Part shown: positions 42,425 to 51,560 of the stretch, piece after piece | Layout of the letters: the number at the start of each line of letters is the position of its first letter | How positions within the stretch are numbered: position 1 is the first letter of the stretch | IMG/VR virus record: IMGVR_UViG_3300042887_003034 | Span: 1 to 55,341 of that record | Source of the DNA: a virus | Taxonomy: Duplodnaviria; Caudoviricetes | Direction: 5' to 3' (one strand) | DNA length: 55,341 nt | Position numbers and translations under genes: made by a program | Notes under the pieces: generated by a model | Told to the model about the DNA's origin: nothing | The model's input: the letters and a program-made list of their open reading frames with translations, nothing else | Database searches by the model: none

Positions 42425-43563
42425 ACACTTCAACATTCTGTGCATATCCATTTAATTCTGTATTTTTAGGAGCGGACGGTTTAGTAAAAACTTGTTGCTC
42501 CTCTAGCCAGCCCATCGGTGATATAAACAAAGATAGTATTGAAGATATAATTCAGGGAAACTTGGCTAAAGAAATTAGGCAGTCTATTGTTGAAGGAAAA
42601 TGGCACAATGCCTGCACACAATGTAAACATCTAGAAAGTTTAGGTGGTAGAACAGAGAGAACAGGTGTACTTTATAAGTTTGATGAATTTAAAAATTCAA
42701 CATCTTCTACATTTAGATTACAGCAAATAGATCTACGCTGGAGTAATGTTTGTAATTTGTCCTGCAATTATTGTTACGAATATTTTAGTTCTCAATGGGC
42801 CGCAATAAAAAATATCAAAGTTAATTACAATAAAAGCAATGCTGAAGAAAATTTATTGTTGTTTATAGATAAAAATAAAGAAACAATTCAATCGGTTAAT
42901 TTGTTAGGTGGCGAACCGTTATTGCAAAAGCAAAATTTAAAATTGTTCGATATTTTACCAAATAAAAAATATTATCTATTAACTAACTTATCTACAGATA
43001 TTCCAAATGGCCCTATAGCACAGAAATTAATAACAATGCCGAATGTTGCTTGGGCAGTAAGTTTTGAAACAATAAACAAAAAATTTGAATATGTGAGACA
43101 TGGTGCAAATTGGAAAAAATTATGTTCTAACTTAAAATATCTAAAAGAAAATAATGTTAGAGAAATAAATGCTCATCCTATGTATTGCACTTATTCGGCA
43201 TTTAATCTCTGTGAGTTCTATGATTTTATAGATCAATCAAATTATTTTACAAATATATATTGGTGTGTAATTCAAAACATAAAAGGAATTAATGTTTTTA
43301 CTTTATCTAAAAGTTTAAAACAAAAAGCCATAGATGAAATAAGCAAATGTGTTGAAAAATATAAATCAAAATACGACATGAGTGCATTGATTAACATCAA
43401 AAATTCACTATTAGAATCTTTAGAAAAAGAATATAAAAAATCTGATATAGAAGACTTCTTTGATTGGTTATACAAACTTGAAAATACACAAAATGTTAAT
43501 AAATCTTATGTTTTTAAGGACTTATGGCCAGAAATCTACGAAGAAATGTCAAAATTGACATAA
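42421..43563 (+). CDS. Radical SAM protein (twitch/SPASM domain)
   Basis: FCAYPF...TCC, CNLSCNYC, LGGEP. Confidence 0.88.
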   Translation: MNTSTFCAYPFNSVFLGADGLVKTCCSSSQPIGDINKDSIEDIIQGNLAKEIRQSIVEGKWHNACTQCKHLESLGGRTERTGVLYKFDEFKNSTSSTFRLQQIDLRWSNVCNLSCNYCYEYFSSQWAAIKNIKVNYNKSNAEENLLLFIDKNKETIQSVNLLGGEPLLQKQNLKLFDILPNKKYYLLTNLSTDIPNGPIAQKLITMPNVAWAVSFETINKKFEYVRHGANWKKLCSNLKYLKENNVREINAHPMYCTYSAFNLCEFYDFIDQSNYFTNIYWCVIQNIKGINVFTLSKSLKQKAIDEISKCVEKYKSKYDMSALINIKNSLLESLEKEYKKSDIEDFFDWLYKLENTQNVNKSYVFKDLWPEIYEEMSKLT

Positions 43564-43676
43564 AACCCTAAAAAATAATAGGGTTTAGCCTACTAAATAA
43601 AACTACCAAATTTCTTGCTTACAGCCAAATTTGGCTGTAAAGTCTTAGTTCCCACGTTTTTTAAAAAGGAGAAAAA

Positions 43677-44261
43677 ATGATGAATTCCTTGTTGTCTGAA
43701 AAAGAGATCACAATCGATGTTAATCCAAATTTGTTTTCAATACTGGGTTCCGTCGTTATGATCGCATTCGCAATGTTCTTATCCGGGATAATTCTTCATT
43801 GGGCTGTTAATGATAAATTTTCAAAATTTCAGATCGCATCACCATCTGAGATTACAGCCGAATTAAGGACTCGACAATTAGAGTGCTTGGCACGGAACAT
43901 TTACTATGAAGCAGGAATCGAATCCTTCGAAGGGAAAGTTGCTGTTGCACAAGTTACTATTAACAGATCAAATAGTGGAAAATTTCCAAATGATATCTGC
44001 CAAGTCGTGTATCAAAAAAACACAGTCCTACAAAAAACTGTATGTCAGTTCAGTTGGTACTGTGACAGGCCTGCGACCTTGAGGCCTATTGATAAAAAGA
44101 CATTTGACGAAAGTATGGTTGTAGCCAAAAAAGTACTACTTGAAGGGTTTAGGTTGCCCAGTCTAACTGAAGCAATGTATTATCATGCAGACTACGTGAA
44201 TCCTGGATGGAGGAAAGAGCGTATCACAAAAATTGGAAAACACATTTTTTATAAGGGTTAA
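43677..44261 (+). CDS. Cell wall hydrolase, SleB/Hydrolase_2 family
   Basis: CLARNIYYEAGIES, AVAQVTINR, CQFSW and IGKHIFY; N-terminal TM segment. Confidence 0.9.
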   Translation: MMNSLLSEKEITIDVNPNLFSILGSVVMIAFAMFLSGIILHWAVNDKFSKFQIASPSEITAELRTRQLECLARNIYYEAGIESFEGKVAVAQVTINRSNSGKFPNDICQVVYQKNTVLQKTVCQFSWYCDRPATLRPIDKKTFDESMVVAKKVLLEGFRLPSLTEAMYYHADYVNPGWRKERITKIGKHIFYKG

Positions 44262-44263
44262 CT

Positions 44264-44584
44264 ATGAATACGCTTGACTATCTAAAAACGATTCCGTCGA
44301 TGTTCTGGCAATTTTTGACAGTTCATTTGGGAAAGATCAGTGCCCATACTTTGGGTTTCCTTGCAATTATTATGCTGCACATGTCCAGCGTTCCAACTTT
44401 AATTGCGGTGCTTATGGGGCATAGTGACAAACTACCGCCAGTTGATCTAATGATCTTTATTCATGCTGCATTGATTACAATGTTCTTCAAAAGTTTAATT
44501 GAGAAAAATTATCTTTACATTACTACCATTTGTATTGGATTCGTTACGCATACCGTAATTATGAGTTTGATTTTATTCAAATAA
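44264..44584 (+). CDS. Membrane protein (about 3 TM segments)
   Basis: Hydrophobic segments; follows the hydrolase. Confidence 0.65.
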   Translation: MNTLDYLKTIPSMFWQFLTVHLGKISAHTLGFLAIIMLHMSSVPTLIAVLMGHSDKLPPVDLMIFIHAALITMFFKSLIEKNYLYITTICIGFVTHTVIMSLILFK

Positions 44585-44592
44585 ATAATCAA

Positions 44593-44835
44593 ATGCGCAT
44601 CAATGAACTTTTAGAAAAGAAAATAGCAGATCCCACACAAAAGCAATGCTCGGTTAGAAAACTGAGCAATGTTCGAAGAGCCCAATGCGTGAGCATGGGC
44701 CTTCGTTCTAGAACTTCGGGTCACACTGCTGGCACTGGAAAACAAGGTGTTAAGGGCAGTGGAATTAAGTTAAAAGGAAAAAAGGCTAAAAGTGTAACAA
44801 AGGGTGGGTGGGTTAAAGATTATTCTGGAAAATAA
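44593..44835 (+). CDS. Small basic hypothetical protein (MRINELLE...)
   Basis: ATG 5 nt after ATAAATA. Confidence 0.6.
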   Translation: MRINELLEKKIADPTQKQCSVRKLSNVRRAQCVSMGLRSRTSGHTAGTGKQGVKGSGIKLKGKKAKSVTKGGWVKDYSGK

Positions 44836-45156
44836 TTAAACCCTAAAACTTTCACCGCACCCACACCGATCTCTTTCATTTGGATTTTGAAATTCAAATC
44901 CCTCATTAAGCCCGTTGCGTACATAGTCTATGGTCATGCCTTCTAAATACGGACATGCCTTTGGGTCTACAAATATTTTGCAGTCCAAACAATCAATGCA
45001 GGTATCTTCTTGTTTAGGAGAATCAACGAATTCTAAAACGTAGGCAAGGCCCGAACAACCTGTGGTTTTGACACCAACACGTATACCGATGCCTTGTCCC
45101 CTACGTTGTATTTGTTGTTTGATCTTTTTAGCCGCTGTTTCAGTTAACGAAATCAT
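44836..45156 (-). CDS. iscA: Iron-sulfur cluster assembly A-type carrier IscA
   Basis: GVKTTGCSGLAY and CGCGESF. Confidence 0.9.
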   Translation of the reverse strand: MISLTETAAKKIKQQIQRRGQGIGIRVGVKTTGCSGLAYVLEFVDSPKQEDTCIDCLDCKIFVDPKACPYLEGMTIDYVRNGLNEGFEFQNPNERDRCGCGESFRV

Positions 45157-45538
45157 GTTTTTTTCGATAGTCTTCTATAGCAGCCTTGATCGCGTCTTCA
45201 GCAAGAATTGAGCAATGTATTTTAACTGGGGGGAGTGCAAGATGTTCGGCGATTTCACTATTCTTAATAGTTCCCGCCTCGTCCAACGTCTTACCCTTGA
45301 CCCATTCTGTAACGAGTGATGAACTTGCAATGGCCGACCCACAGCCGTACGTTTTGAACTTTGCATCTTCGATGATACCTGTTTCTGGATTAACTTTAAT
45401 TTGTAGTTTCATTACATCGCCAGGCTAACCGCAAGCCGGAGCACCAACCATACCAGTGCCGACTTGCGGGTCCTCCTTGGCGAATGATCCTACATTTCTT
45501 GGATTCTCATAATGGTCAACGACTTTGTCGCTATACAT
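45140..45538 (-). CDS. iscU: Fe-S scaffold IscU with an in-frame 9-nt insertion containing TAG (recoded or pseudogene)
   Basis: MYSDKVVDHYENPRNVG...GAPACG*PGDVMKLQI...FKTYGCGSAIASSS...LPPVKIHCS. Confidence 0.85.
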
Positions 45539-46124
45539 TTTTTTCTCCTAAAATGTTTTTAATTATTTCTTCTGGTTGGAAGCGATCCCATTTCTGCCTG
45601 TTTTCTTCCCCCAGGATCCATCTTAAATTTTTTCTACTACCTAATACTTTTGGATCAATACCTAACTCATAACCCTGAAGATAAGGAATGATGTGATCTA
45701 ATTGATACTGATCTTTTCTTTTTCCTGTATTACTAGGTATTGATCCTTCTTGTTTCATAGCATACCAAGAACGGTATGTTGCTTTTTTAACTTCTCTTTT
45801 ATAAGCAGTAAAAGCATCATCAACATAATTTTTTGGACGCATGTTATTTATTCGTCCATTTTTGTTAGGATTGTTTTCTTTCCATCTTATACGTTGTGCT
45901 TCGTTGGGAATTCCTTTGTTCCATCCGTGTCCTTTTTTTAGCCCTTCTCTGTTTTGTTTAGATTTCTGTTCTTCTGTAAGAGTTTTTCCTTTATTCCAAG
46001 GTTCATACTCACCTCTGTTTAAAGGGTTTTTACATTTTGTAGAACAATAGTCTAAAAATCTCAGGCGAGTTTCAAAACTACAGCCACAAAAAAGACACTC
46101 TTTAATGATACCATACTTCTTCAT
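45531..46124 (-). mobile_element. Free-standing HNH homing endonuclease (Zn finger + NUMOD3-like repeats + HNH)
   Basis: CLFC..CSTKC, PWNKGK/GWNKGI and QLDHIIP...NLRWI..EN; flanked by duplicated iscU 5' sequence. Confidence 0.75.
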
Positions 46125-46162
46125 ATAAGTATTTATCATCTTGGTGTGCCAGTATGTGAGTT

Positions 46163-46204
46163 TTATCTTCCTATAAAATCAATGACTTTGTCGCTATAAG
46201 ACAT
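46163..46204 (-). pseudogene. Orphaned 5' fragment of iscU (MSYSDKVID then frame lost)
   Basis: AGGAG RBS; 19/20 nt identical to 45516-45535. Confidence 0.75.
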
Positions 46205-46255
46205 TCTAATCTCCTAAAAAATACATTTTAACATATTTATTGATTAAATAATTGT

Positions 46256-46579
46256 ATGATTAATATTACAGAAACTGCTAAGAAAAAAATAGAAGAATTG
46301 CTCGAAGAAGAAGGTAATTCTAATCTCAAATTGCGAACTTTTGTTCAAGGTGGAGGCTGTAGCGGAATGCAATACGGATTTACTTTTGACGAAGAGCAAA
46401 ATGAAGATGACTTTGAGTTCACTACTGGTAAGTTCAAAGTTCTAGTTGACTCAATGAGTATGCAATATATGCAAGGTGCCGAAATCGATTACAAAGATGA
46501 TCTCATGGGCAGTAGTTTTGCAATTAGGAACCCAAACGCTGAAACAACCTGTGGTTGCGGATCAAGTTTTTCAGTATGA
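46256..46579 (+). CDS. erpA: Iron-sulfur cluster insertion protein ErpA-like
   Basis: [29 protein letters not shown] and TCGCGSSF. Confidence 0.85.
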   Translation: MINITETAKKKIEELLEEEGNSNLKLRTFVQGGGCSGMQYGFTFDEEQNEDDFEFTTGKFKVLVDSMSMQYMQGAEIDYKDDLMGSSFAIRNPNAETTCGCGSSFSV

Positions 46580-46581
46580 CA

Positions 46582-46610
46582 TTGACTTCTTCCAAAAATT
46601 CCTGTATAAT
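46582..46610 (+). promoter_or_regulatory. Sigma70 promoter for DNA ligase
   Basis: TTGACT-17 nt-TATAAT. Confidence 0.7.
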
Positions 46611-46636
46611 TTGACTATGTACACTAAATTTACAGG

Positions 46637-47938
46637 ATGAGTATGTCCAAGCCTTGCTATCAAATTATTGCAGACCTTGAGGCTGATAACAGCCGATTGG
46701 CAAAAGAAGCAATTATTCAAGAACACGCAGACAACAAAGAACTTTTTGAAGGATTTAGGTGGTGCCTGAGTCCTTATTCAACTTTTGGCGTTAAGAAGGT
46801 GCCCTCACACGGAGGGCCCGATGGGCAAGGTTTGCCATGGGAAGCATTCGAAGAATTGCTCACCCTTCTTAGCACACGCCAACTCACTGGAGACGCTGCT
46901 CGAGATGCAATCGAATTGGCTCTATCTGCTAGCAAACAAGCAGAATGGAACTACTGGTATCGCCGCATTCTTATCAAAGATCTTCGTTGCGGTGTCAGTG
47001 AAAAGACCATCAACAAAGTCAAAAAGAATGCTGTGCCTGTTTTTGAATGTATGCTGGCACACGATGGCGCTAACCACGAAAAGAAAATCACAGGTAAGAA
47101 ACTGCTCGAACCCAAACTTGACGGAGTTCGCTGTCTTACTATTGTTGATTGCGAAAGCCAAACTGTTGTTCAATATACCAGAAATGGTAAAGTTCTAGAA
47201 AATTTTGGACACATTACTAAAAACATCCATGAACACATTGACCTAATTGGTCGTAGTTATGTTTTGGACGGTGAAATTGTTTCCTCCAGTTTTCAAGAAC
47301 TAATGAAGCAGGTTCATAGAAAAGATGATGTTCAGGCACAAGATGCACGTCTTATGCTGTTTGACATCATCCCTCTCAGCGAATTTAAAGCAGGCCGCAG
47401 CGTTATGGGTCAGCGTCGCAGATCTAATCTACTCAAAACCCTAAAGCCGGTTTTTGATAAAATTGGACACATTGATATTATTCCACAAGAAGAAGTTGAT
47501 CTCGGAACATATGTAGGTGAACTGCAATTCAAGCAATTCAATAAAGATGCTATTGACAAGGGCTTTGAAGGCATCATGATCAAAGACCCTGAAGCCAAAT
47601 ATGAATGCAAGCGTAGTACCAGTTGGCTCAAGCAGAAGCCTTTTATCGAAGTTAGTTTGGCAGTAAACAATGTAGAAGAAGGTACTGGTAGAAATGAAGG
47701 CCGGCTCGGTGCCCTTATTTGCGAAGGTGAGGACGACGGTCGTACAATCAGTGTCAATGTTGGCAGTGGATTCAGCGATGCCGATAGAGATGAATTTTGG
47801 TCAAACCGAAAAGAACTTCATGGACAAATTGTTGAAGTTCGTGCAGATGCTATTACACAAAATCAAGATGGCAGTTATAGTCTCAGGTTTCCGCGATTTT
47901 TGCGGTTTCGAGGATTTACTGCGGGTGAGAAAATTTAA
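46637..47938 (+). CDS. ATP-dependent DNA ligase
   Basis: EPKLDGVR, LDGEI, EGIMIK, WLKQK and SLRFPRF. Confidence 0.95.
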   Translation: MSMSKPCYQIIADLEADNSRLAKEAIIQEHADNKELFEGFRWCLSPYSTFGVKKVPSHGGPDGQGLPWEAFEELLTLLSTRQLTGDAARDAIELALSASKQAEWNYWYRRILIKDLRCGVSEKTINKVKKNAVPVFECMLAHDGANHEKKITGKKLLEPKLDGVRCLTIVDCESQTVVQYTRNGKVLENFGHITKNIHEHIDLIGRSYVLDGEIVSSSFQELMKQVHRKDDVQAQDARLMLFDIIPLSEFKAGRSVMGQRRRSNLLKTLKPVFDKIGHIDIIPQEEVDLGTYVGELQFKQFNKDAIDKGFEGIMIKDPEAKYECKRSTSWLKQKPFIEVSLAVNNVEEGTGRNEGRLGALICEGEDDGRTISVNVGSGFSDADRDEFWSNRKELHGQIVEVRADAITQNQDGSYSLRFPRFLRFRGFTAGEKI

Positions 47939-47956
47939 AGGAGATTAAATTAAATC

Positions 47957-48175
47957 GTGAGTAAAGAAGATGTAATTAATGTCGATGGCAGGGTAGAAGA
48001 AGTTCTACCCAATGCTATGTTTAGGGTGACACTAGAAAATGGAGCAAAAATTTTAGGCCATATCAGCGGCCGTATGCGTCAAAATAAAATTCAGATTCTA
48101 GCCGGTGACGCAGTTCGTGTAGAAATGAGCCCGTATGATCTATCAAAGGGCAGAATTGTTTATCGTAGCAAATAA
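47957..48175 (+). CDS. infA: Translation initiation factor IF-1
   Basis: [15 protein letters not shown]...HISGRMR...[21 protein letters not shown]; GTG start. Confidence 0.93.
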   Translation: MSKEDVINVDGRVEEVLPNAMFRVTLENGAKILGHISGRMRQNKIQILAGDAVRVEMSPYDLSKGRIVYRSK

Positions 48176-48245
48176 ACAACAGAGATGCTGGCAACGAAGC
48201 CAGCATCGGCACTCCGGAAACAAAAAAGGATCTCAGTAAGTTAGT

Positions 48246-48272
48246 CAAAAAAAAGCCCCTTTCGGGGCTTAA
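48246..48272. terminator. Intrinsic terminator between convergent infA and HNH
   Basis: AAAAAAA-GCCCC-TTTC-GGGGC-TT. Confidence 0.75.
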
Positions 48273-48782
48273 TTATTCTAAGTAGTTTGCCCAACTTGGA
48301 TGTTGGTAGTCCCACTTCATCTTTTTACGTTTTTCCACCAATTGAAAATACGTAGGCTTGTAAGGCTTAATTTTTGGAACAATTTTTTTGTTGTTTCCTT
48401 TGTTAGCATTACAGGTACCGCAGGCAGTAACAGTATTTTCATAGGTAGTTTTTCCACCGTGTGAAACCGGCAACACGTGGTCAAGTGTTGCTGTTCCTCT
48501 GGTTACATCTGCAGAGCAGTATTGGCAAACGTAGCCGTCACGGAGAAACACATTATGTTTGGAAAACCGAATAGTGGTTTTTCTTTTTTCATAATTGTGC
48601 AAAATCATTACGGCCGGGACTTTAGTTTCCCATCTTTGGCTGTGTACGATCCAATCATCGTACCATTCCAACACGGCGGCTTTTTCAAGCGTCATGTAAC
48701 CTATGGCATCTTTCCAAGAAATTACGCTAAGTGGTAACCAGGAGATTGGGGCTCCGTCAGCGTTCAAAATTAACGTACTCAT
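48273..48782 (-). CDS. HNH endonuclease (McrA-like)
   Basis: NVFLRDGYVCQYC, TLDHVLPVSHGG and ACGTCNANKG. Confidence 0.9.
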   Translation of the reverse strand: MSTLILNADGAPISWLPLSVISWKDAIGYMTLEKAAVLEWYDDWIVHSQRWETKVPAVMILHNYEKRKTTIRFSKHNVFLRDGYVCQYCSADVTRGTATLDHVLPVSHGGKTTYENTVTACGTCNANKGNNKKIVPKIKPYKPTYFQLVEKRKKMKWDYQHPSWANYLE

Positions 48783-48929
48783 TTTTCAATTTATTTATCA
48801 GGGGGTTTTTAACATACTGATTATACAGTCGAATACTGAAAAAAGCAACTAAATAGCAGTATGGAACATTCAAAATTTTTGAATCGAAGAACAATTACTT
48901 ATCAAAAAGTACCAACAGGACTAAAATAA

Positions 48930-50828
48930 ATGGCTATCCTAACAATAAACACCGGATCTGGACCAAATTCCAATGATGGAGACAGTATTCGTACTGCATT
49001 TCATAAAACAAATATAAATTTTCAGGAACTTTCTACACTGCTAGGAACAACAGGCACTAACCTAGTAGAAGTGGTCATCGATACTAATGCTCAACTATTC
49101 AATCATAACAGCCACACTGGAGTTTCAATTGTCTACAATGATCCTGCTAATATTTTAATAATGTCCGTAGATCCTGGTCCTCAAGGTCCAAGTGGATCTG
49201 TTGGGCCAAGCGGTCCTAGCGGTCCCAGTGGCGCTGCAAGTAATGTTTCTGGCCCAAGCGGCCCAATTGGAGTTACTGGCCCAAGCGGCCCTAGTGGTGC
49301 CGCAAGCAATGTTTCTGGCCCGACTGGTCCCAGCGGTCCAAATGGAGTCAGCGGTCCGACTGGTCCCAGCGGTCCTGCTACTAATTTTTCTGATCAAGAT
49401 TTGTATACAACTAGTTCTGTTATTTTTAATAGTATAGAGTCTACTAAGGTCACCAGTGTAGGCGGATATCCAATAAACAACAATGGAGAGGTGTTAGTTA
49501 GAAGTTCCGGAACTTATTCTCCGGCATTACTTGTATCAAATTATACTTCTGGCATATATCCGGAAATTAATATTCGAGGTTGGGCAGGAAATAATCCAGG
49601 CGGCAGAATTGCATTTGGTGGCAATCCTACAATATATTTTGATTCTGCTCGAGGGACGCACCTAGTTCCATCTGCTACGTTGCAAGATGATGTTTTATTT
49701 GCTATAACTGGTAATGGATATGATGGAACTAGATTTACCGGCGACGATGATAGAGGAGTGGCGCAAATTTTTGCACTAGCAGCCGAAAAATTTGCCAGCA
49801 CATCTACCGCCACAACTAATGCAGGATCTAGATTCGTATGGAGAATAATGCCACCGGGTGTAATAAAAGATTCTACATCTGGATTGATACATTACAACGA
49901 AGGATGGATTGCAGGGTCTGCATCAAACCCACCTCAGATAAGTATAAATCACGGACATGCCGGACAAACGGCGCCCACTCTTGTTATGAGTAATGGAATT
50001 GATTCTCACGTAGGGTTTGGTGCTGCTAACTTCCAATTCTTTAATTCAAAATTTAATATGTTTGGAGTACCGTTTGAAGATCATGCTGTTTTTACAGCAG
50101 ATTTTACTGGTACTACAATGACCGTTAATTCTGTTTCTGTAGGTGTACTAAGTGTTGGCCAACGAATTTTTGGAAACGATTTAAATTCTGGTACATTTAT
50201 AACTTCCCTAGGCACAGGTGTTGGGGGGACAGGAACATATGTTATTAGTTCAGCACATCCATCTAATGCTTCTGGAATAACTGTTAATTCTGGACCAGAC
50301 AATGAAACATTAAGAGCATCGAATGTATGGAAATTTATAACTCAAAGAAAAAATTCTGTATTAACTAGAAGAAATGCTCTTAGAAAAGATGACAGTTTAG
50401 GAGTGATAGAATTTAGAGGACAAAATGCAAATAACGCAAGCAATCAAGGTGTTGCTTCTGCTAAGATATCCGTGATTGCATTAGAAAACTTTACATCTAC
50501 TACTTATGGTTCATCTATAGTAATTTCTACAGTTAATTCTGGTACAACTACATTAACAGATAAAGTTCACATTTCGAATAAAGCAATTACATTGGTTACT
50601 GATGAATTTAAACTTTATGATTCTAGTAACAATTTAGTTGTATCAATTAAAGATGGAATTAACTTTAGCAACGGAACAACACAAACAACAGCATATGCTT
50701 TATTAGATACTATACCAACTTCTAGTACCAGCACAGGAATTAAAGGTCAGATTGCAGTCGATTCAACTAGCATGTATATTTGTGTAGCAACTGATACTTG
50801 GTTAAGATTTAACGGAGTAACATTTTAA
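48930..50828 (+). CDS. Tail fibre/baseplate-attached protein with collagen-like repeats
   Basis: N-terminal [21 protein letters not shown] (T4 gp9/gp10-type start), GPS/GPT triplets, C-terminal [15 protein letters not shown]. Confidence 0.75.
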   Translation: MAILTINTGSGPNSNDGDSIRTAFHKTNINFQELSTLLGTTGTNLVEVVIDTNAQLFNHNSHTGVSIVYNDPANILIMSVDPGPQGPSGSVGPSGPSGPSGAASNVSGPSGPIGVTGPSGPSGAASNVSGPTGPSGPNGVSGPTGPSGPATNFSDQDLYTTSSVIFNSIESTKVTSVGGYPINNNGEVLVRSSGTYSPALLVSNYTSGIYPEINIRGWAGNNPGGRIAFGGNPTIYFDSARGTHLVPSATLQDDVLFAITGNGYDGTRFTGDDDRGVAQIFALAAEKFASTSTATTNAGSRFVWRIMPPGVIKDSTSGLIHYNEGWIAGSASNPPQISINHGHAGQTAPTLVMSNGIDSHVGFGAANFQFFNSKFNMFGVPFEDHAVFTADFTGTTMTVNSVSVGVLSVGQRIFGNDLNSGTFITSLGTGVGGTGTYVISSAHPSNASGITVNSGPDNETLRASNVWKFITQRKNSVLTRRNALRKDDSLGVIEFRGQNANNASNQGVASAKISVIALENFTSTTYGSSIVISTVNSGTTTLTDKVHISNKAITLVTDEFKLYDSSNNLVVSIKDGINFSNGTTQTTAYALLDTIPTSSTSTGIKGQIAVDSTSMYICVATDTWLRFNGVTF

Positions 50829-50840
50829 TTAAATACAATT

Positions 50841-51125
50841 ATGAAAGCAACTGACATTATTAGAAACGTGCTTGATCTAGTTGATCAAGTCGAATGCGCT
50901 AAACAAGAAATGCAATCAGAGCCTGTTATTGGAAGTTTTGCACAAATTTTTGCACAACTATCTCAAGAAAAGCAAGGCTATGATAATAGTCCCAATCCTC
51001 ACGTTCAGGGAATTGCTAGTGTAACCACTGATGCCGGCGGAGGATTAAATGGACCTAAAAATCCTGCGGACATTAGAGCAGACAGTATTTCAATGTATCC
51101 AAATTATCAACATAGACCGGAGTAA
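50841..51125 (+). CDS. Hypothetical protein
   Basis: ORF after TAAATA; GGGLNGPKNP motif. Confidence 0.65.
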   Translation: MKATDIIRNVLDLVDQVECAKQEMQSEPVIGSFAQIFAQLSQEKQGYDNSPNPHVQGIASVTTDAGGGLNGPKNPADIRADSISMYPNYQHRPE

Positions 51126-51128
51126 TTA

Positions 51129-51560
51129 ATGGATATCTATGTTCAAAGTTTTCTTAATAGTGCGACAAAGTTAACTATATCAGTTAACACTACAACTACG
51201 TTTGCACAGTTGGCAGGTCTGGTGTCGACGGCTGAAGGAACTACCAGCACAGTTATGCAATTTTATGTTGGCGGAATATTAGCACCCTCAACAGCAACTA
51301 TGGCTATTTTTAACGTAACTACTGGCACATATGTTGGTAGTAGTAATGTAATTTCTACTTTAACAAATAAAGCAGATAGACAATTAGCAAAGTTGGAGTT
51401 GGCACAACTACGCAGACAAGCAGGCGGCAACACTACTACAAATTATTATAGAACTTATAATGTTTATGATGTTGATCTGTTAGCAGACAAGTATGCATCA
51501 AACACAACTACAGTAGGAACCACCAGCACTCTTGCTGTTCATAGACCCTGGACCACATAA
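51129..51560 (+). CDS. Thr-rich protein with a possible ubiquitin-like N-terminal domain
   Basis: Hydrophobic pattern parallels ubiquitin; C-terminal RPW motif. Confidence 0.5.
   Translation: MDIYVQSFLNSATKLTISVNTTTTFAQLAGLVSTAEGTTSTVMQFYVGGILAPSTATMAIFNVTTGTYVGSSNVISTLTNKADRQLAKLELAQLRRQAGGNTTTNYYRTYNVYDVDLLADKYASNTTTVGTTSTLAVHRPWTT

Noticed and set aside
37221-45427. Genome-wide TAG reassignment (alternative genetic code)
   Set aside because: Long genes are intact in code 11 and TAG ends normal genes. The 37221 TAG needs a frameshift rather than readthrough, readthrough in iscU would leave 3 extra residues in the active-site loop, and no suppressor tRNA was seen.
49170-49380. Nucleotide repeats as a regulatory or mobile repeat
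   Set aside because: Explained by collagen-like Gly-Pro-Ser coding in the fibre gene
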